Made by a program: the position numbers and the translations under genes. DNA of 64,000 nt, from NCBI GenBank assembly GCA_963803145.1, contig CAWDLW010000012.1:64001-128000 (forward strand), given 5' to 3'. The notes below the pieces were generated by a model, which worked only from the letters and a program-made list of their open reading frames with translations, had not been told where the DNA came from and made no database searches. Each line of letters begins with the position of its first letter. Positions within the stretch are counted from its first letter, which is position 1. Below are positions 51,390 to 62,585 of the stretch, in pieces. This DNA comes from Methanotrichaceae archaeon. GTDB taxonomy: Archaea; Halobacteriota; Methanosarcinia; Methanotrichales; Methanotrichaceae.

Positions 51390-51923
51390 TTGTGGATTGA
51401 ACAGGCAAATGAGTGTGATAACATTAGAATAATATACATAATATTGTTATTGCTGGCTTTTGGATTTATTGACAGCTTGGCCGCCTCCGTGAATAATGCA
51501 ACATGTCCGGGGAGCACAATCCTCTGCAACGGAAATTGTACAGATACCAATGTCGATGAACTGAACTGCGGCGCATGCGGAAACGTATGTCCTCTGGGAA
51601 AAGCCTGTATTAATGGAAGCTGTTCGTGTTTCGCAGATCTGACTCTCTGCAATGGAACATGTGCCGATACAGGCTTTGATTTACAGAATTGTGGCAAGTG
51701 CGGAAATGTCTGCCCAGTAGGAATGGAGTGCATCAAGGGAAAGTGTTCATGCCCTGCAGGTCTAACATCTTGCAATGGATTCTGTACCGATATCAGCAGT
51801 GATGAACGAAACTGCGGATCGTGTGGAAATGTCTGTCCTTCTGGCAGGGTCTGCTTTGAGGGAAGATGTTTAACTCAAGTTGAGGTCTGTACCAATGGAT
51901 ATTGCAGGTTTATTTACCGATGA
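51390..51923 (+). CDS. Secreted Cys-rich repeat protein (Stig1/MXAN_6577-like)
   Basis: Hydrophobic leader; three CNGxCxD...NCGxCGNVCP...CxxGxC repeats; start uncertain. Confidence 0.7.
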   Translation: MWIEQANECDNIRIIYIILLLLAFGFIDSLAASVNNATCPGSTILCNGNCTDTNVDELNCGACGNVCPLGKACINGSCSCFADLTLCNGTCADTGFDLQNCGKCGNVCPVGMECIKGKCSCPAGLTSCNGFCTDISSDERNCGSCGNVCPSGRVCFEGRCLTQVEVCTNGYCRFIYR

Positions 51924-52222
51924 GGTATGATCTTCCAGATGCCTGAAACTAGGTAATAGCCATCCGTATTAGCCCGGAGTCTGCAGGAGTTAGAACTCCT
52001 TAAGACTGCCTCATCCTTCTTCGGGAAACCTTACAGCGTCAGCTTTAACGGATCATTGAAAGCTGACTATCCTGTTATCCTGAAGCAGATTCCCTTCTAT
52101 TTCCTATCGTTTTCTGAACTGAACAATAAGAACAGGATTCGCTAAAGCAAAATATACCCTGAGTAGGACCGGGGCAAGGAAGATGGAAGCAGATATGCTA
52201 TTGAGTCTATATGCTATAACTA

Positions 52223-53305
52223 TAGTTAATCTCCTAGCTTTTTGCACTAAGAAATCGCTCCACCCAGGACTTTGAATATCCATCCTTTTTGGAATAAAAT
52301 ATTTCTAAAGCGCAATCTTGGCTAGCTATAATAGCTTCATCGAAATCAGTGTATTTGGCGATCTCTCTTTTGAAATCCTTCCAACCGAATTCTATAGGAT
52401 TCAAATCTGGTGAATAGGGGATATTATAAATTAAGTGAATATCGATTTCCTCAGCTAGTTTTCTAAATTTCTTGGCCAAATGAATTCTAGCATTATCTAA
52501 AAGTATACAAATTGGCCTCATAATATTATTATTTCTTATATTTTGAGCAAATGCCATCAACGCTTCCTTCTTAGAGGAGTTGGAAACCATAACCTCATCA
52601 TTGCCATTTAATGCTATAAATCCAAAAATAGTTCTTGATCTAACCTTTCCAGGTTTATAATTTATTAAATGAGTGTTTAAGACTCTACGTGTATTAGGGC
52701 GCTGTTGTAAAGAGCTTTCATCAAGAAATCCTATAACAGGATCAGTAACAGTGGTCAGCACTGATTTTATCCTTTTTTAAAAAACTTTCTGCATCTGCAG
52801 GCCTCTTTTCATTTCTGATGTATGGTTTCCCATACTTAACTTTTTTCACTACTCTTAAAATTCGCCAGCCATATTTATATGAAAAATCTATACCTCTTGT
52901 ATCCCTTACATATTTTAATACGTCTTTTATCGTCATTCCTTTGTCTTCAATTTCTTTAATAACTCTATCCCATTCATCAAGAGACATCTTTGGCTTTTTG
53001 CCATTTCTATTCTTTGGTGTCAATCCATTATAGCCTTGATTATTCCATCTGCTTAACCAATATTTTATTGTCCTCTCGCCCCTTTTTAAAATATCAGCTA
53101 CCTCATATACGTTTTTCCCTTCATATAAATGTATTATTGCCAATAACCGTTCCTTAATCCTTAGATCAGTCTCTTTTTTATATAATTTATCAAGGTCTAT
53201 CTTTGATATATGCCTAATTATTATAGGTTTTCTACCCATGCCTATGTATTTTCACGCATTAATTATTAAATGTATCTATAGGGCAATAAGCTCAATGATT
53301 AACTA
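52223..53305 (-). mobile_element. IS630-family insertion sequence (1083 bp)
   Basis: TIR TAGTTAATCnnnnAGCTT at both ends flanked by TA (52221-52222, 53306-53307); very AT-rich. Confidence 0.88.
52234..53239 (-). CDS. IS630 transposase in two ORFs (HTH 52742-53239, DDE 52234-52761) probably joined by a -1 frameshift
   Basis: FLDES, LDNARIH, YSPDLNPIE; slippery TTTTTTAAAAAAG near 52772-52785 on the minus strand. Confidence 0.85.
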
Positions 53306-53675
53306 TAATTTAATATTACTTATCGTGATCGAAATCTCATTTTAATGTTGGAAGTACGTCGTTTCGAAGTTTTCTCGTGGCTATCGTGTTTAATAACGTC
53401 CTTATGTTCATCGTCCTTATGAGCATCCCCATAGGCATCCTTATGAGCAGCATAATTGATCCGGCTGACCTCACTCCAAATATGGTCCAATTTTTCAGTT
53501 GGGAGATTATCGACTAGAACTGGGCAGGCTGTTCTAGTCCCATTTTTCCAGCTACAAAATCTTGCTCGTCTTAACAGTGTCATTGTATAGCGAAATGGCA
53601 CGACTATATTTAAACTCTGGCAGCGCAGAGCGAAACTAATCGTATTCGGCTTCTTCTCCAATGATCTATCTCTGG

Positions 53676-54764
53676 CTAGATCGCCGAGCTTGGCAAGAAG
53701 AAAAACGCAAATCCCAAAATACCATAAACCACAAGCAGCATTGCCCCCTCCAGCCAGTTGGACTCGCCGTCCAGCGATACTAGGGCTGATATGAATGCGG
53801 CTGCAGTCAGCGCTATTAACTCTAAGTTGTTAAACTCCAGAGTCAAAGGATTGCCCATTAATACAGAGATGAATACAATCAAAGGTGTAACAAAAAGGGC
53901 GATCTGCAGGCTAGAGCCAAGTGCTACAGACAGGCTCAAATCCATTTGGTTCCGTCTGGCCGCTTGCACAGAGACCAGATGCTCAGAAACATTGCCGATG
54001 ATAGGAACGATGATGATTCCTATAAAGAACTTAGTCAAGCCTAGTGTTTCCGTAGCCACTTCAACCGATCCTATCAGAAGCTCGCTCATTACGGCAATGC
54101 CGATTGTAGTGAGCGCCATCAGGGTAATTGCCTGCCGCAGGTTCAATGGCGATCCGATAAGCTCTGCATCATTGGCGCTGGTGCCTATTTCAGATTCTTT
54201 ATCTCCATGAGACCTCAGAGTATAGATGATTGAAAGAAGATAAAGGACCAGAATTGCTCCTGCAGTTGTCAGGCTAAGTTCTTCGACTCCGAGACGGTTG
54301 GGTTCGATATAATGGCTGAAAAGCGATGGCACGCTGATAGCGATTACTACCAGAATTGTCATAGTAGAATCGATGCTTGCAGTGCGACGCTCAAATCTTT
54401 GTATGCCGTTTTTTATGCCCCCTAAAAACATGCTGAAACCAAGGACAAACAGCAGGTTTCCTAGGATTGAGCCGACAATAGATGCTCTGGCCAGCTCAAT
54501 CTCAGTCGCACTGATGGCAACGAGCGTTATGATCAACTCAGTTGCGTTTCCCAAGCTTGCATTCAATAGCCCTCCCATACGTGGGCCAGTCTTTTTGGCC
54601 AGATCATTGGTCGCCTCACCAAGGATGCCAGCCATCGGAATGATCGCCAAGGCAGATGTTGTAAAGATTATGAGGTCACTCCATTGCGCAAGCTTAGCAA
54701 ATAGTGCAATTGGGAAAAAAATCAACAGTACTCGAATCCCGAGCATCTCTTTATCCTTTATCAT
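53676..54764 (-). CDS. cax: Ca2+/H+ antiporter (CAX/ChaA)
   Basis: GNATELI and GNVSEH alpha repeats, GSSLQIAL, SNWLEG. Confidence 0.92.
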   Translation of the reverse strand: MIKDKEMLGIRVLLIFFPIALFAKLAQWSDLIIFTTSALAIIPMAGILGEATNDLAKKTGPRMGGLLNASLGNATELIITLVAISATEIELARASIVGSILGNLLFVLGFSMFLGGIKNGIQRFERRTASIDSTMTILVVIAISVPSLFSHYIEPNRLGVEELSLTTAGAILVLYLLSIIYTLRSHGDKESEIGTSANDAELIGSPLNLRQAITLMALTTIGIAVMSELLIGSVEVATETLGLTKFFIGIIIVPIIGNVSEHLVSVQAARRNQMDLSLSVALGSSLQIALFVTPLIVFISVLMGNPLTLEFNNLELIALTAAAFISALVSLDGESNWLEGAMLLVVYGILGFAFFFLPSSAI

Positions 54765-55389
54765 TCTCTTATCAGTCTTATGTGCTCTTTACCAGTTTTA
54801 TTATCGTTTGTTGTACAAGTAACTAATCGTTGAATGAAGCATTATAATTAGAATCAATAAATTAATAAATCACATGGAACTTACTGAATATGGAACCCAG
54901 GGAAATCGTACTTCGCACTTATTATCCCTTTTCGCACCAATATCGTTCAGATCTTTAGTGCTCCATATTCTTGTTATGGCTATTTTACCTATTTGTCCAT
55001 CAGCAGTTCAACTTGCCATTAATGATTCACTCATCCCAATGATCTCAGTGGCTATATGAGGCTACATATTCTAAAATTATGGTAAAATTGGAATATATTG
55101 AAGAACTGGTCTAAGCTGCATTATCAAATGAGAAGTTATGCCACGTAAGGATCGCTCTATGCTTTGCGTTTTTAGGAATATTTATCGAGTGAAAAGATTT
55201 ATTTCAATAGTTAAAAAACCCTAATTGTATAAAAGCAAAAGGATATATATATCACCGAGATAGTAATCAAAACTATTGGTTTAGGAGGATAATATTAGCA
55301 GGCAGTCTTTGTTTGATTCTGCTTGATGAGTTATGGCAATGTATTGCATCGAGATCTTCCCGCTGGCTAGGACATCCACCTAGCCTCCT

Positions 55390-56052
55390 TTGGTGAGCAT
55401 TATGAAGCGCATTATAATATCTTTCGTTGCATTTGTATTCCTAATGAGCCTAATACCGGCACACGGAGATACGAATATCCTTGAAGAGTACAAAGATCAG
55501 AATTGGCAGCCTTTTATGTCCCATATGTCGGGAGTCTCGGGACCCGGCCTCGTCGTATCAGACTTACCGATTTGCGAGAATCAAACGTTCCTGAAATCTG
55601 TACAGAATGTCTTGAATGAGTATATGTATGAAAAGAAGTACAAAATGGGCGATTTTGATTGCACTAACAGCTCTCAGATCACCTGGTATATACTAAGGCA
55701 GAACGGCTTTGATGCTAGGCTGATATACAGCAACGAGATCGCTATAGGCCGCAAGGATAAAAATGCCAAGGATTTCTCAGGCCATGTCTGGGTTATTGTC
55801 CCTGAGAAAAAATATAACGGCGAGAGTTATGAACAATATGTATACCACGATAGCGGTGGATGGATACCCGTAGAATCACTCGATAACTACTCCAAGCATC
55901 TGGGCCAAGCATACGAGTCAGCACAATCGATCGGATGGTATACACCAAATGATGGCTGGCTCTTCAATAACTCTTCGGAGTACAGTTTGCTGACTGGGGA
56001 CTATAATGAGCTTGGCAATAAGGATTTGCCGATAACAAAGAAGGCAACGTAA
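55390..56052 (+). CDS. Secreted protein with transglutaminase/cysteine-protease-like motifs
   Basis: Signal peptide; FDCTNSS...GHVWV...WIPVES; start probably the second Met. Confidence 0.55.
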   Translation: MVSIMKRIIISFVAFVFLMSLIPAHGDTNILEEYKDQNWQPFMSHMSGVSGPGLVVSDLPICENQTFLKSVQNVLNEYMYEKKYKMGDFDCTNSSQITWYILRQNGFDARLIYSNEIAIGRKDKNAKDFSGHVWVIVPEKKYNGESYEQYVYHDSGGWIPVESLDNYSKHLGQAYESAQSIGWYTPNDGWLFNNSSEYSLLTGDYNELGNKDLPITKKAT

Positions 56053-56289
56053 GGTCGATGGTCAGGTAATCTATGCCTGCTATTAAAGCAGGTTCCTATT
56101 GACCTTTTCGTCTACGAGATAAAATCTAGGGTCTTTGCCTAAAGAGTTATTTTCGATAATGATTACTTTGAGCTACCTGCAATAAGCTGCTTGATGCTCG
56201 AGGATCTGGGATCTGCCGTCTCGCTCTCAATGCTTTTGTAGCTAATGAAGAGTCCCTTGATACTCTATCTTGATATCCAATACCTATAC

Positions 56290-56400
56290 TTTCGCCAGAG
56301 TTTATATACCTATATGCAATCAAGCCATTAGCGAAAGCAACCCTCTAAAACGGGGCATAATAGCATAATATTTATCTCAAAGAGACCCTTAAAGGGGGCT
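56290..56400 (+). promoter_or_regulatory. CRISPR leader
   Basis: TTTATATA box at 56301-56308; non-coding region next to the first perfect repeat; the degenerate repeat is at the far end. Confidence 0.7.
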
Positions 56401-57805
56401 ATCGCAAAGCTGATCCCGATGAAAAGGGAACTGAAAGTCTGGCTTAGCCCCCTCAATAGTTACTATGATGCGTTTAATCGCAAAGCTGATCCCGATGAAA
56501 AGGGAACTGAAAGGAAAGTATATGAATATCCCGGTAGATCCATGCTTGCTTGTGAGAGATCGCAAAGCTGATCCCGATGAAAAGGGAACTGAAAGTCTAT
56601 CTGTTCAGGATCATAGATCTCTGATGATTGTTATCGCAAAGCTGATCCCGATGAAAAGGGAACTGAAAGCAAAATTAGACATGGTCATACAGAGAATCAG
56701 AGACGCAGATCGCAAAGCTGATCCCGATGAAAAGGGAACTGAAAGCAGTTCCGGAACTGCTTATACATATCGAATCTTTAGAGAATCGCAAAGCTGATCC
56801 CGATGAAAAGGGAACTGAAAGCTATTAGTCGCCCTATCTCAGCGTCCCTGGCCTCTGCAATCGCAAAGCTGATCCCGATGAAAAGGGAACTGAAAGATAT
56901 CGCAGCTATCAGAGTCGTCCTGGAGAGTTAATCATGGATCGCAAAGCTGATCCCGATGAAAAGGGAACTGAAAGCTCCCTATCCGAGAACTTAGCCTGGC
57001 AGGGAGGGCTATATCGCAAAGCTGATCCCGATGAAAAGGGAACTGAAAGTGTTGATGATCTGCCTTTGTATGACGGGCTTAGAGTCTTTGAATCGCAAAG
57101 CTGATCCCGATGAAAAGGGAACTGAAAGTTAAGAACTCCTCCGCATTCGAATGGACTGAAGGAAATATCGCAAAGCTGATCCCGATGAAAAGGGAACTGA
57201 AAGCCCTTTGTGATATCTCTTACCAGGACTTGGAAAAAGCATCGCAAAGCTGATCCCGATGAAAAGGGAACTGAAAGATGGGTCCAGAGACATTTACCAA
57301 CTCCCGCAGGAGTAAGATCGCAAAGCTGATCCCGATGAAAAGGGAACTGAAAGTGCTATCTTTCTCTTCTCTAGCGAAAATATTCAAGCCCATGATCGCA
57401 AAGCTGATCCCGATGAAAAGGGAACTGAAAGAGGAAGCCTCGGCAAGCGGAAAGGCCATAGGAGACGGCATCGCAAAGCTGATCCCGATGAAAAGGGAAC
57501 TGAAAGCATGGCTTGGTATGCTTCCTCAATAGTTTCCATCTTATCGCAAAGCTGATCCCGATGAAAAGGGAACTGAAAGTGTTTGACGTTGCGCCGTTCG
57601 GAGCTGATACTTCGACTATCGCAAAGCTGATCCCGATGAAAAGGGAACTGAAAGATGAACATGTTAGGCAGGGACAATTCGAATAGATGGTATATCGCAA
57701 AGCTGATCCCGATGAAAAGGGAACTGAAAGAGCCGATGAATGTCGCCGTCAGCGCCGTGCCCACGACAATCGCAAGACCGATCCCGTTGAAAAGGGAATT
57801 TATAA
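56401..57805 (+). CRISPR. CRISPR array: 19 repeats of 37 bp (ATCGCAAAGCTGATCCCGATGAAAAGGGAACTGAAAG), 18 spacers of 36-45 bp
   Basis: 18 identical repeats counted from 56401 to 57694 plus a degenerate terminal repeat at 57769; TCCC/GGGA stem, GAAAG 3' end. Confidence 0.98.
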
Positions 57806-57809
57806 TAAT

Positions 57810-58745
57810 TCAACGGCAGTGCTCCCTATATCTACAGTTCCCTGGAGTCTGGCAAATGCCAGGGTCCTTCTCATAGAATATCATGTCCTGTTTCTCATCT
57901 CGTTCCTCAATAAACCATTGGCGAACCTCATCGCTGATTATGAAGAAATCCCTCTCGATGTGTGGCGTTGGATGGTTCTTGGGGAAGCTTAGGTAAACAG
58001 TACAGCCAATATTTATCGGCACCTCGTACAGGCTTTCGTAAACCAGAGCGTATCCTGTGGCCGAAAGCCTATGGAAATCCCTTTTAGGGCCAGTCTTGAG
58101 GTCGCAGATGAGCATGCCACCCATATTTATGGCATCGGCGCTCAAATTGCTGCTCAGGCCGAGGTACTGGCCATCAAGCTTGTGCTCAACTACGAAAGGC
58201 AGAGCATGATTAATCAGAGAGTCCTCGCTAAGGTACCTGTATTTTCCCAGATAAGCGTAAATTGCAGAAACTATCCTGCTTACCTCGAATGTCCAGAGCT
58301 TCTTTAGGTTCACTCCGACCTCTTTAGCGTCATCGCCGGAACCTCTGGCAGAAGCTATTTGCTCTTCGGCTTCAAGAATTGCTTCAGGTAATCGCTCCAT
58401 CAGTATCTGAGCCAGATCAGTACAGACGTCCATGCCCTGTGTATAGATCAGCCTCTTGGCGGTAGGGTAAAGCTCAGCCATGGCTTCATGGTATATCCGA
58501 CCTGCAACCATCTCTTCACTGGCAGGCTGGCTGATCTTCTGCACATGTCTCAGGAATGTATCGCGGCCAGTTTCGCAGTATCTATCTGAGATCTCCCAGA
58601 CGGGCAGCAGGATATCGTGAGGCGGCGAAAGCTCAGTCGAATTCCAGTTCCATCCCCGAAGTTCCTCAGCTATTCCTTTCTCCCGCGCTTTAGGTATGAG
58701 CTTCTTCAGAAGGTATTTGCGCTCTTCCTCGGAAAAGAAATACAT
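57810..58745 (-). CDS. csa1: CRISPR-associated Cas4/Csa1 (type I-A)
   Basis: EELRGWNW, YCETGRD, LDGQYLGLS, DLKTG, GYALVYES. Confidence 0.88.
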   Translation of the reverse strand: MYFFSEEERKYLLKKLIPKAREKGIAEELRGWNWNSTELSPPHDILLPVWEISDRYCETGRDTFLRHVQKISQPASEEMVAGRIYHEAMAELYPTAKRLIYTQGMDVCTDLAQILMERLPEAILEAEEQIASARGSGDDAKEVGVNLKKLWTFEVSRIVSAIYAYLGKYRYLSEDSLINHALPFVVEHKLDGQYLGLSSNLSADAINMGGMLICDLKTGPKRDFHRLSATGYALVYESLYEVPINIGCTVYLSFPKNHPTPHIERDFFIISDEVRQWFIEERDEKQDMIFYEKDPGICQTPGNCRYREHCR

Positions 58746-58801
58746 GGGCATCCCTCTAGCGGGAGAACGCCGTTAAAATAGATAAATTGAGATGGTACGA
58801 T

Positions 58802-58888
58802 TTTGCCTGGATAAGGCCCTGTAAACCCAAGTTTCTTCAATCGCCTGATAAGCTCCCGTCTTGATATGGGAAGGAGTTTAGTCTGCAA
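58802..58888 (-). pseudogene. hicA: HicA fragment truncated before the catalytic His
   Basis: KLLPISRRELIRRLKKLGFTGPYPGK, then similarity to the 34952-35176 HicA is lost. Confidence 0.75.
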
Positions 58889-59132
58889 TAGCTATTGGCT
58901 CCTTTGAGGATTCTATGGTATGGCCACCTATGGGCGGAATCGGATATCCCCATTGAAGCCGAGCTACTATCCATTCCTCGATAACCTCAATGAGATCTCT
59001 CCTGCATTCTTCAAGGGTATCACCAACAGCAATAACACCCTGTAGCCCTGGCACTATAGCCACATAAGAATCATCCTCAAGCGTGTCATATTTAGCACGC
59101 TCCAAGGCTGCTTGGATGTACTCGGAGAACAT
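58878..59132 (-). CDS. hicB: HicB-family antitoxin
   Basis: MFSEYIQAALERAKY...VPGLQGVIAVGDTLEEC; paralog of the 33093 and 35169 copies. Confidence 0.85.
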   Translation of the reverse strand: MFSEYIQAALERAKYDTLEDDSYVAIVPGLQGVIAVGDTLEECRRDLIEVIEEWIVARLQWGYPIPPIGGHTIESSKEPIAIAD

Positions 59133-59193
59133 ATCGTGATCAATTAAAGCCTTAAAAGGATTTAATACTTGCTGAAGTGAAGAACTATCTCGC

Positions 59194-59793
59194 TCAAACA
59201 AGGGCGCATTCACAATATCGTCTGTATTCACAATCCGTACATCTTCCTGGGTTTCTAGTTCCTAATGGTTCTGTCTCTTCCTGCACAATTCCACCTATTT
59301 CATGGATCATCTTCAGCGTGCGTCTACGTATTTCATCTGTGAAATCGATTCTGGCATTGATCTTGTCGCGACTGTAATGGACGTAGCCCCTCCGAACAAT
59401 GGTCCTGAAACAATCCTCCACCAATAGCGCATAAGCAGCAAGCTGGTACTTATGGTTCAAATGGACATTTCCAGCATTTGATAGGCCAAACTTGTAATCC
59501 ACAGGGACGTATTCTCGTTCAGTTTTTATCAGGTAGTCAAGGATGCCTTTAAGGCCCAGGGCGTTACTTTCAAGAGCAACGCGAAAAAGCTTCTCTGCTT
59601 GGTCGAGTTCAGAATCATAGAATATCGCTCCCTTTCTGCGGCGTTCCTTGGCTGTGATATCATCATGCTTCTCCTTGCCTGTCTCAAGCTTTTGGTCGGG
59701 TGGCTTGGGAACATGGAGCACATGGTCGAAGTAGATTATCTTGGGGCAGTAGAGATATTGCTTAACATCGCTGACTGTGATCATGCCCTTCAA
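59194..59793 (-). CDS. cas4: CRISPR-associated Cas4
   Basis: YLYCPK, GILD, VDYK, QLAAY, CTDCEYRRYC Fe-S cysteines. Confidence 0.92.
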   Translation of the reverse strand: MKGMITVSDVKQYLYCPKIIYFDHVLHVPKPPDQKLETGKEKHDDITAKERRRKGAIFYDSELDQAEKLFRVALESNALGLKGILDYLIKTEREYVPVDYKFGLSNAGNVHLNHKYQLAAYALLVEDCFRTIVRRGYVHYSRDKINARIDFTDEIRRRTLKMIHEIGGIVQEETEPLGTRNPGRCTDCEYRRYCECALV

Positions 59794-60068
59794 TACACCA
59801 CCACATCCTCATCCTTAATTTCATAAATCTCGCCGATGCTGTCTTTCATGGAGAAGCATTTGGTGCATAAGGGATAGAACTGGATGTTTCCCTCTTTGTT
59901 ATGCATCATTTTCTCAAGCCTGAGCTTCAATTTCTCTCGCATATTATGATTCATGAAGCCGTAGAAGGCGCTCTTCTGGATTCTTATGCAGCCATAGCCA
60001 AGTAAGGTTTTGGCTATTCTGGTTCTCAGGCCGTTATCGGTTATATCGTAGATGATAATTGTATCCAC
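59790..60068 (-). CDS. cas2: CRISPR-associated Cas2
   Basis: IIYDI, RIQKSAF. Confidence 0.93.
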   Translation of the reverse strand: MDTIIIYDITDNGLRTRIAKTLLGYGCIRIQKSAFYGFMNHNMREKLKLRLEKMMHNKEGNIQFYPLCTKCFSMKDSIGEIYEIKDEDVVVY

Positions 60069-60118
60069 AGATTCACCTATCCGCAGATTTACTTATCCGC
60101 AAATTCACCTTTTGGAGA

Positions 60119-61132
60119 TCACCATCTCGGCGTGAATGGCTCGTAAGCTGTTCTCTCACCCCTCAGGAATGTAGCCACTGCCGATGCCTGGGAACGAATG
60201 ATATTTCTGATAAGCTGGCTCTTCTCTCTGTAAGTTATGCGTTCGTCCAGGCGGCCGTAGAATGCAGATGATGCTATTTTCATTCCCTCCTTGGTCATAC
60301 GGCAGTCCTCCTGGAAGTGGCCAGGCTTCATCTCACGGGCCAGTGACACGACCACTCTATCCACCACGATGGGCCTGAACTCCTCCATCATATCATAGAC
60401 CAGCTTCTCCTGGCCGGGTCGATCGGCGTGGAGAAATCCGGCATAAGGATCAAGCCCAGCATAAAGCGTGGCTGCCCAGACCTCCTGCTCCAGGACATAG
60501 TAGCCGAAATTGAGGAGCGAGTTGATTGGGTCCTTTGCAGCCGGATAGTCGCGGCCTGGAAAGGTCCATTCATCCGGTATTAGCTTATGCCAGGTGCGCC
60601 AATAGGTTTCGGCGCCCATGCCCTCCACGCCCATTATCCTCTCGCGGCAGGACTCAAGATCTCCTTTGATCTTGTCAAGCTCAGGGATCATAGACTCAAT
60701 TGATTCTGCAGCAGTCCTGAACTCCTGCCATAGCTCTGTGCGCTCGCCCTTCCACTTCTTGGCAAAGCTTTTCAGGAGCGATGCCTGGTTCCTGAGCTTG
60801 CCATGGATGAACGACTTCGCAAGGTCGGGGCCGCGGTGATCATCATAGGCATGATACTGCTCACGCCTGGTCTTGACTGTGCCGCCAAGGCTGGCGGGAA
60901 TAAGACGGGCTAGGGGTTTACCATGGTAGTTGGCAAAGACGATCTCAACGCCAAGCTCATCTGCCATCTCTATGGCGTCCGAGGAGACGGAGATGCCGCT
61001 GCCGAGGACGAGGATCTGCTCCACCTTGCGGGCAGGGACGAGGGATTCAGGCCCCTCTTTCCGAGAGATGCGGAACTGCTCGCCTGACTTACCGAGGAAG
61101 CTGCCACGGTCGGTGAGGATAATGCGGGACAT
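60119..61132 (-). CDS. cas1: CRISPR-associated Cas1
   Basis: MGVEG, DPINSLLNFGY, GLDPYAGFLH, YDMMEEFRP; start set at MSRIILT. Confidence 0.95.
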   Translation of the reverse strand: MSRIILTDRGSFLGKSGEQFRISRKEGPESLVPARKVEQILVLGSGISVSSDAIEMADELGVEIVFANYHGKPLARLIPASLGGTVKTRREQYHAYDDHRGPDLAKSFIHGKLRNQASLLKSFAKKWKGERTELWQEFRTAAESIESMIPELDKIKGDLESCRERIMGVEGMGAETYWRTWHKLIPDEWTFPGRDYPAAKDPINSLLNFGYYVLEQEVWAATLYAGLDPYAGFLHADRPGQEKLVYDMMEEFRPIVVDRVVVSLAREMKPGHFQEDCRMTKEGMKIASSAFYGRLDERITYREKSQLIRNIIRSQASAVATFLRGERTAYEPFTPRW

Positions 61133-61273
61133 AAGCGAGGCCTCAGGTCTAAAGTTACTATGCCAGTATTTTTTTATCGATGATATTTCTTTCGTACCCT
61201 TGGAAAAACTGATCTTGACGGTCTGAAGGATCAACTACTAATATAATTTCACGAAATCGATCTATGAGGAGAA

Positions 61274-61759
61274 ATGAACGACCGATTTGCTCGGGAATCT
61301 TTACAAAAGATCGAAACGAGTTTCTTTCAGACCCCCACATTTCAGGCACTGACTATCGGTATCCCTTTTTGCATCTTCAAGCTCCTTTTTGGAGCTTTAA
61401 GCATCAGGGCAGGCACAGATCCACAATCTCCTTTGGTTATTTTCGGCTTATTGATCATCCTCTGGGCATCTGCTGATCTAATAATGAACCTGGTTGTAGT
61501 AGCCTTCAATACTGCAGGCCGCAAATCGCCAATCGAGTTCTGCACAATCGCCCAAGTAGGACGCCTTTTCGGGAAATCAAAGCTGTTCCTGGCCATTGAT
61601 ACACTGATCGCCTTTTGCATCATCTGCTTCGTCCTCTGGTCAGGATGGATAAAGCTTCTCAATATCAATGAATCGTACATCTGGTATGCGGCCACCACAC
61701 TTAATCTCATAAGCATCTCCATTGTAAACATATGGTTGGAACTGAGGAGACGACCCTAG
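61274..61759 (+). CDS. Hypothetical membrane protein (about 4 TM)
   Basis: GAGGAG RBS, hydrophobic segments, 161 aa. Confidence 0.6.
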   Translation: MNDRFARESLQKIETSFFQTPTFQALTIGIPFCIFKLLFGALSIRAGTDPQSPLVIFGLLIILWASADLIMNLVVVAFNTAGRKSPIEFCTIAQVGRLFGKSKLFLAIDTLIAFCIICFVLWSGWIKLLNINESYIWYAATTLNLISISIVNIWLELRRRP

Positions 61760-62585
61760 ATCATACATCATTCAAGAAAGAGATAATTGGATACTTCCCC
61801 CACACGGGTGAGGCATACCCTGATAGAGGTTTCCAAGAACCTTGAGTGTGACTTCGATTTAGCGCGGCAAATAAGAACAATATTCGCATTTGGAGCTGCT
61901 ATTATAATTCAAGGGCTTTATACTTCCTTTTGGGACTGCTACTAGCGGTTATACTAGCGCACTCAATCGCCGTGCGGGCTACCCCTAACCCCTCTTCGGG
62001 GGAAGGTTTCCTGAGATATGGGCGACAAGGTTGATTGGGACATGATGAATGATTCCCTCCAGCTATGTTCCTTTACCCCAGCTAAAATCGTTCGTCTTTG
62101 TGCGTTCTTCGTGAACTTCGTGTTTTGGTGGTTGGTAGTTCGTCGTTTGTTTAATATCTGGACCAATTACTTTTCGCCACTAAGGCAGCCATTATGTTTC
62201 ATTCCTGTATTGCGCGTCCTCAATCTCCTTCAGCTCTGCCATCTCGCTTCTTCTTATGTTATCTAAGATCGTAGTGATCTCATCGATGCTCTCGATTCTA
62301 CGTACGACTTCCTCTTTTGTGGTCATTTCAAGCCTCCCAATAATGGCGGTCGAGCCAACTGATCGATCTTGATCCCGACTTGATGCTCACCAGCGCACAG
62401 GTGTGTCTGCCTGGCGGGATTGTGGGATGTTGGGGAATTGCTGCTATCATTTTAATTCGCCTTAATACCGATGCGGGTCGATAGTATATATATTTTTGGT
62501 TATATTGGTAATATAGGTTATGATGGTGCTATGTATTTATATAATAAGCGAAATTGTTTATACTATGCTTACGACATGTGTTGAT

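Noticed and set aside
53320-53661. 113-aa minus-strand ORF next to IS630
   Set aside because: No recognisable family, TTG start and low-complexity tail; probably spurious or a remnant
56438-57542. Spacers 1 and 15 share CCTCAATAGTT
   Set aside because: Only 11 bp with unrelated flanks; compatible with chance
56465-57992. Several ORFs across the CRISPR array (IAKLIPMKRELK repeats)
   Set aside because: Translations of the repeats and spacers, not genes
61133-61234. N-terminal extension of Cas1 in the ORF track
   Set aside because: Cas1-like sequence begins at MSRIILT (61132); the upstream part looks like promoter DNA
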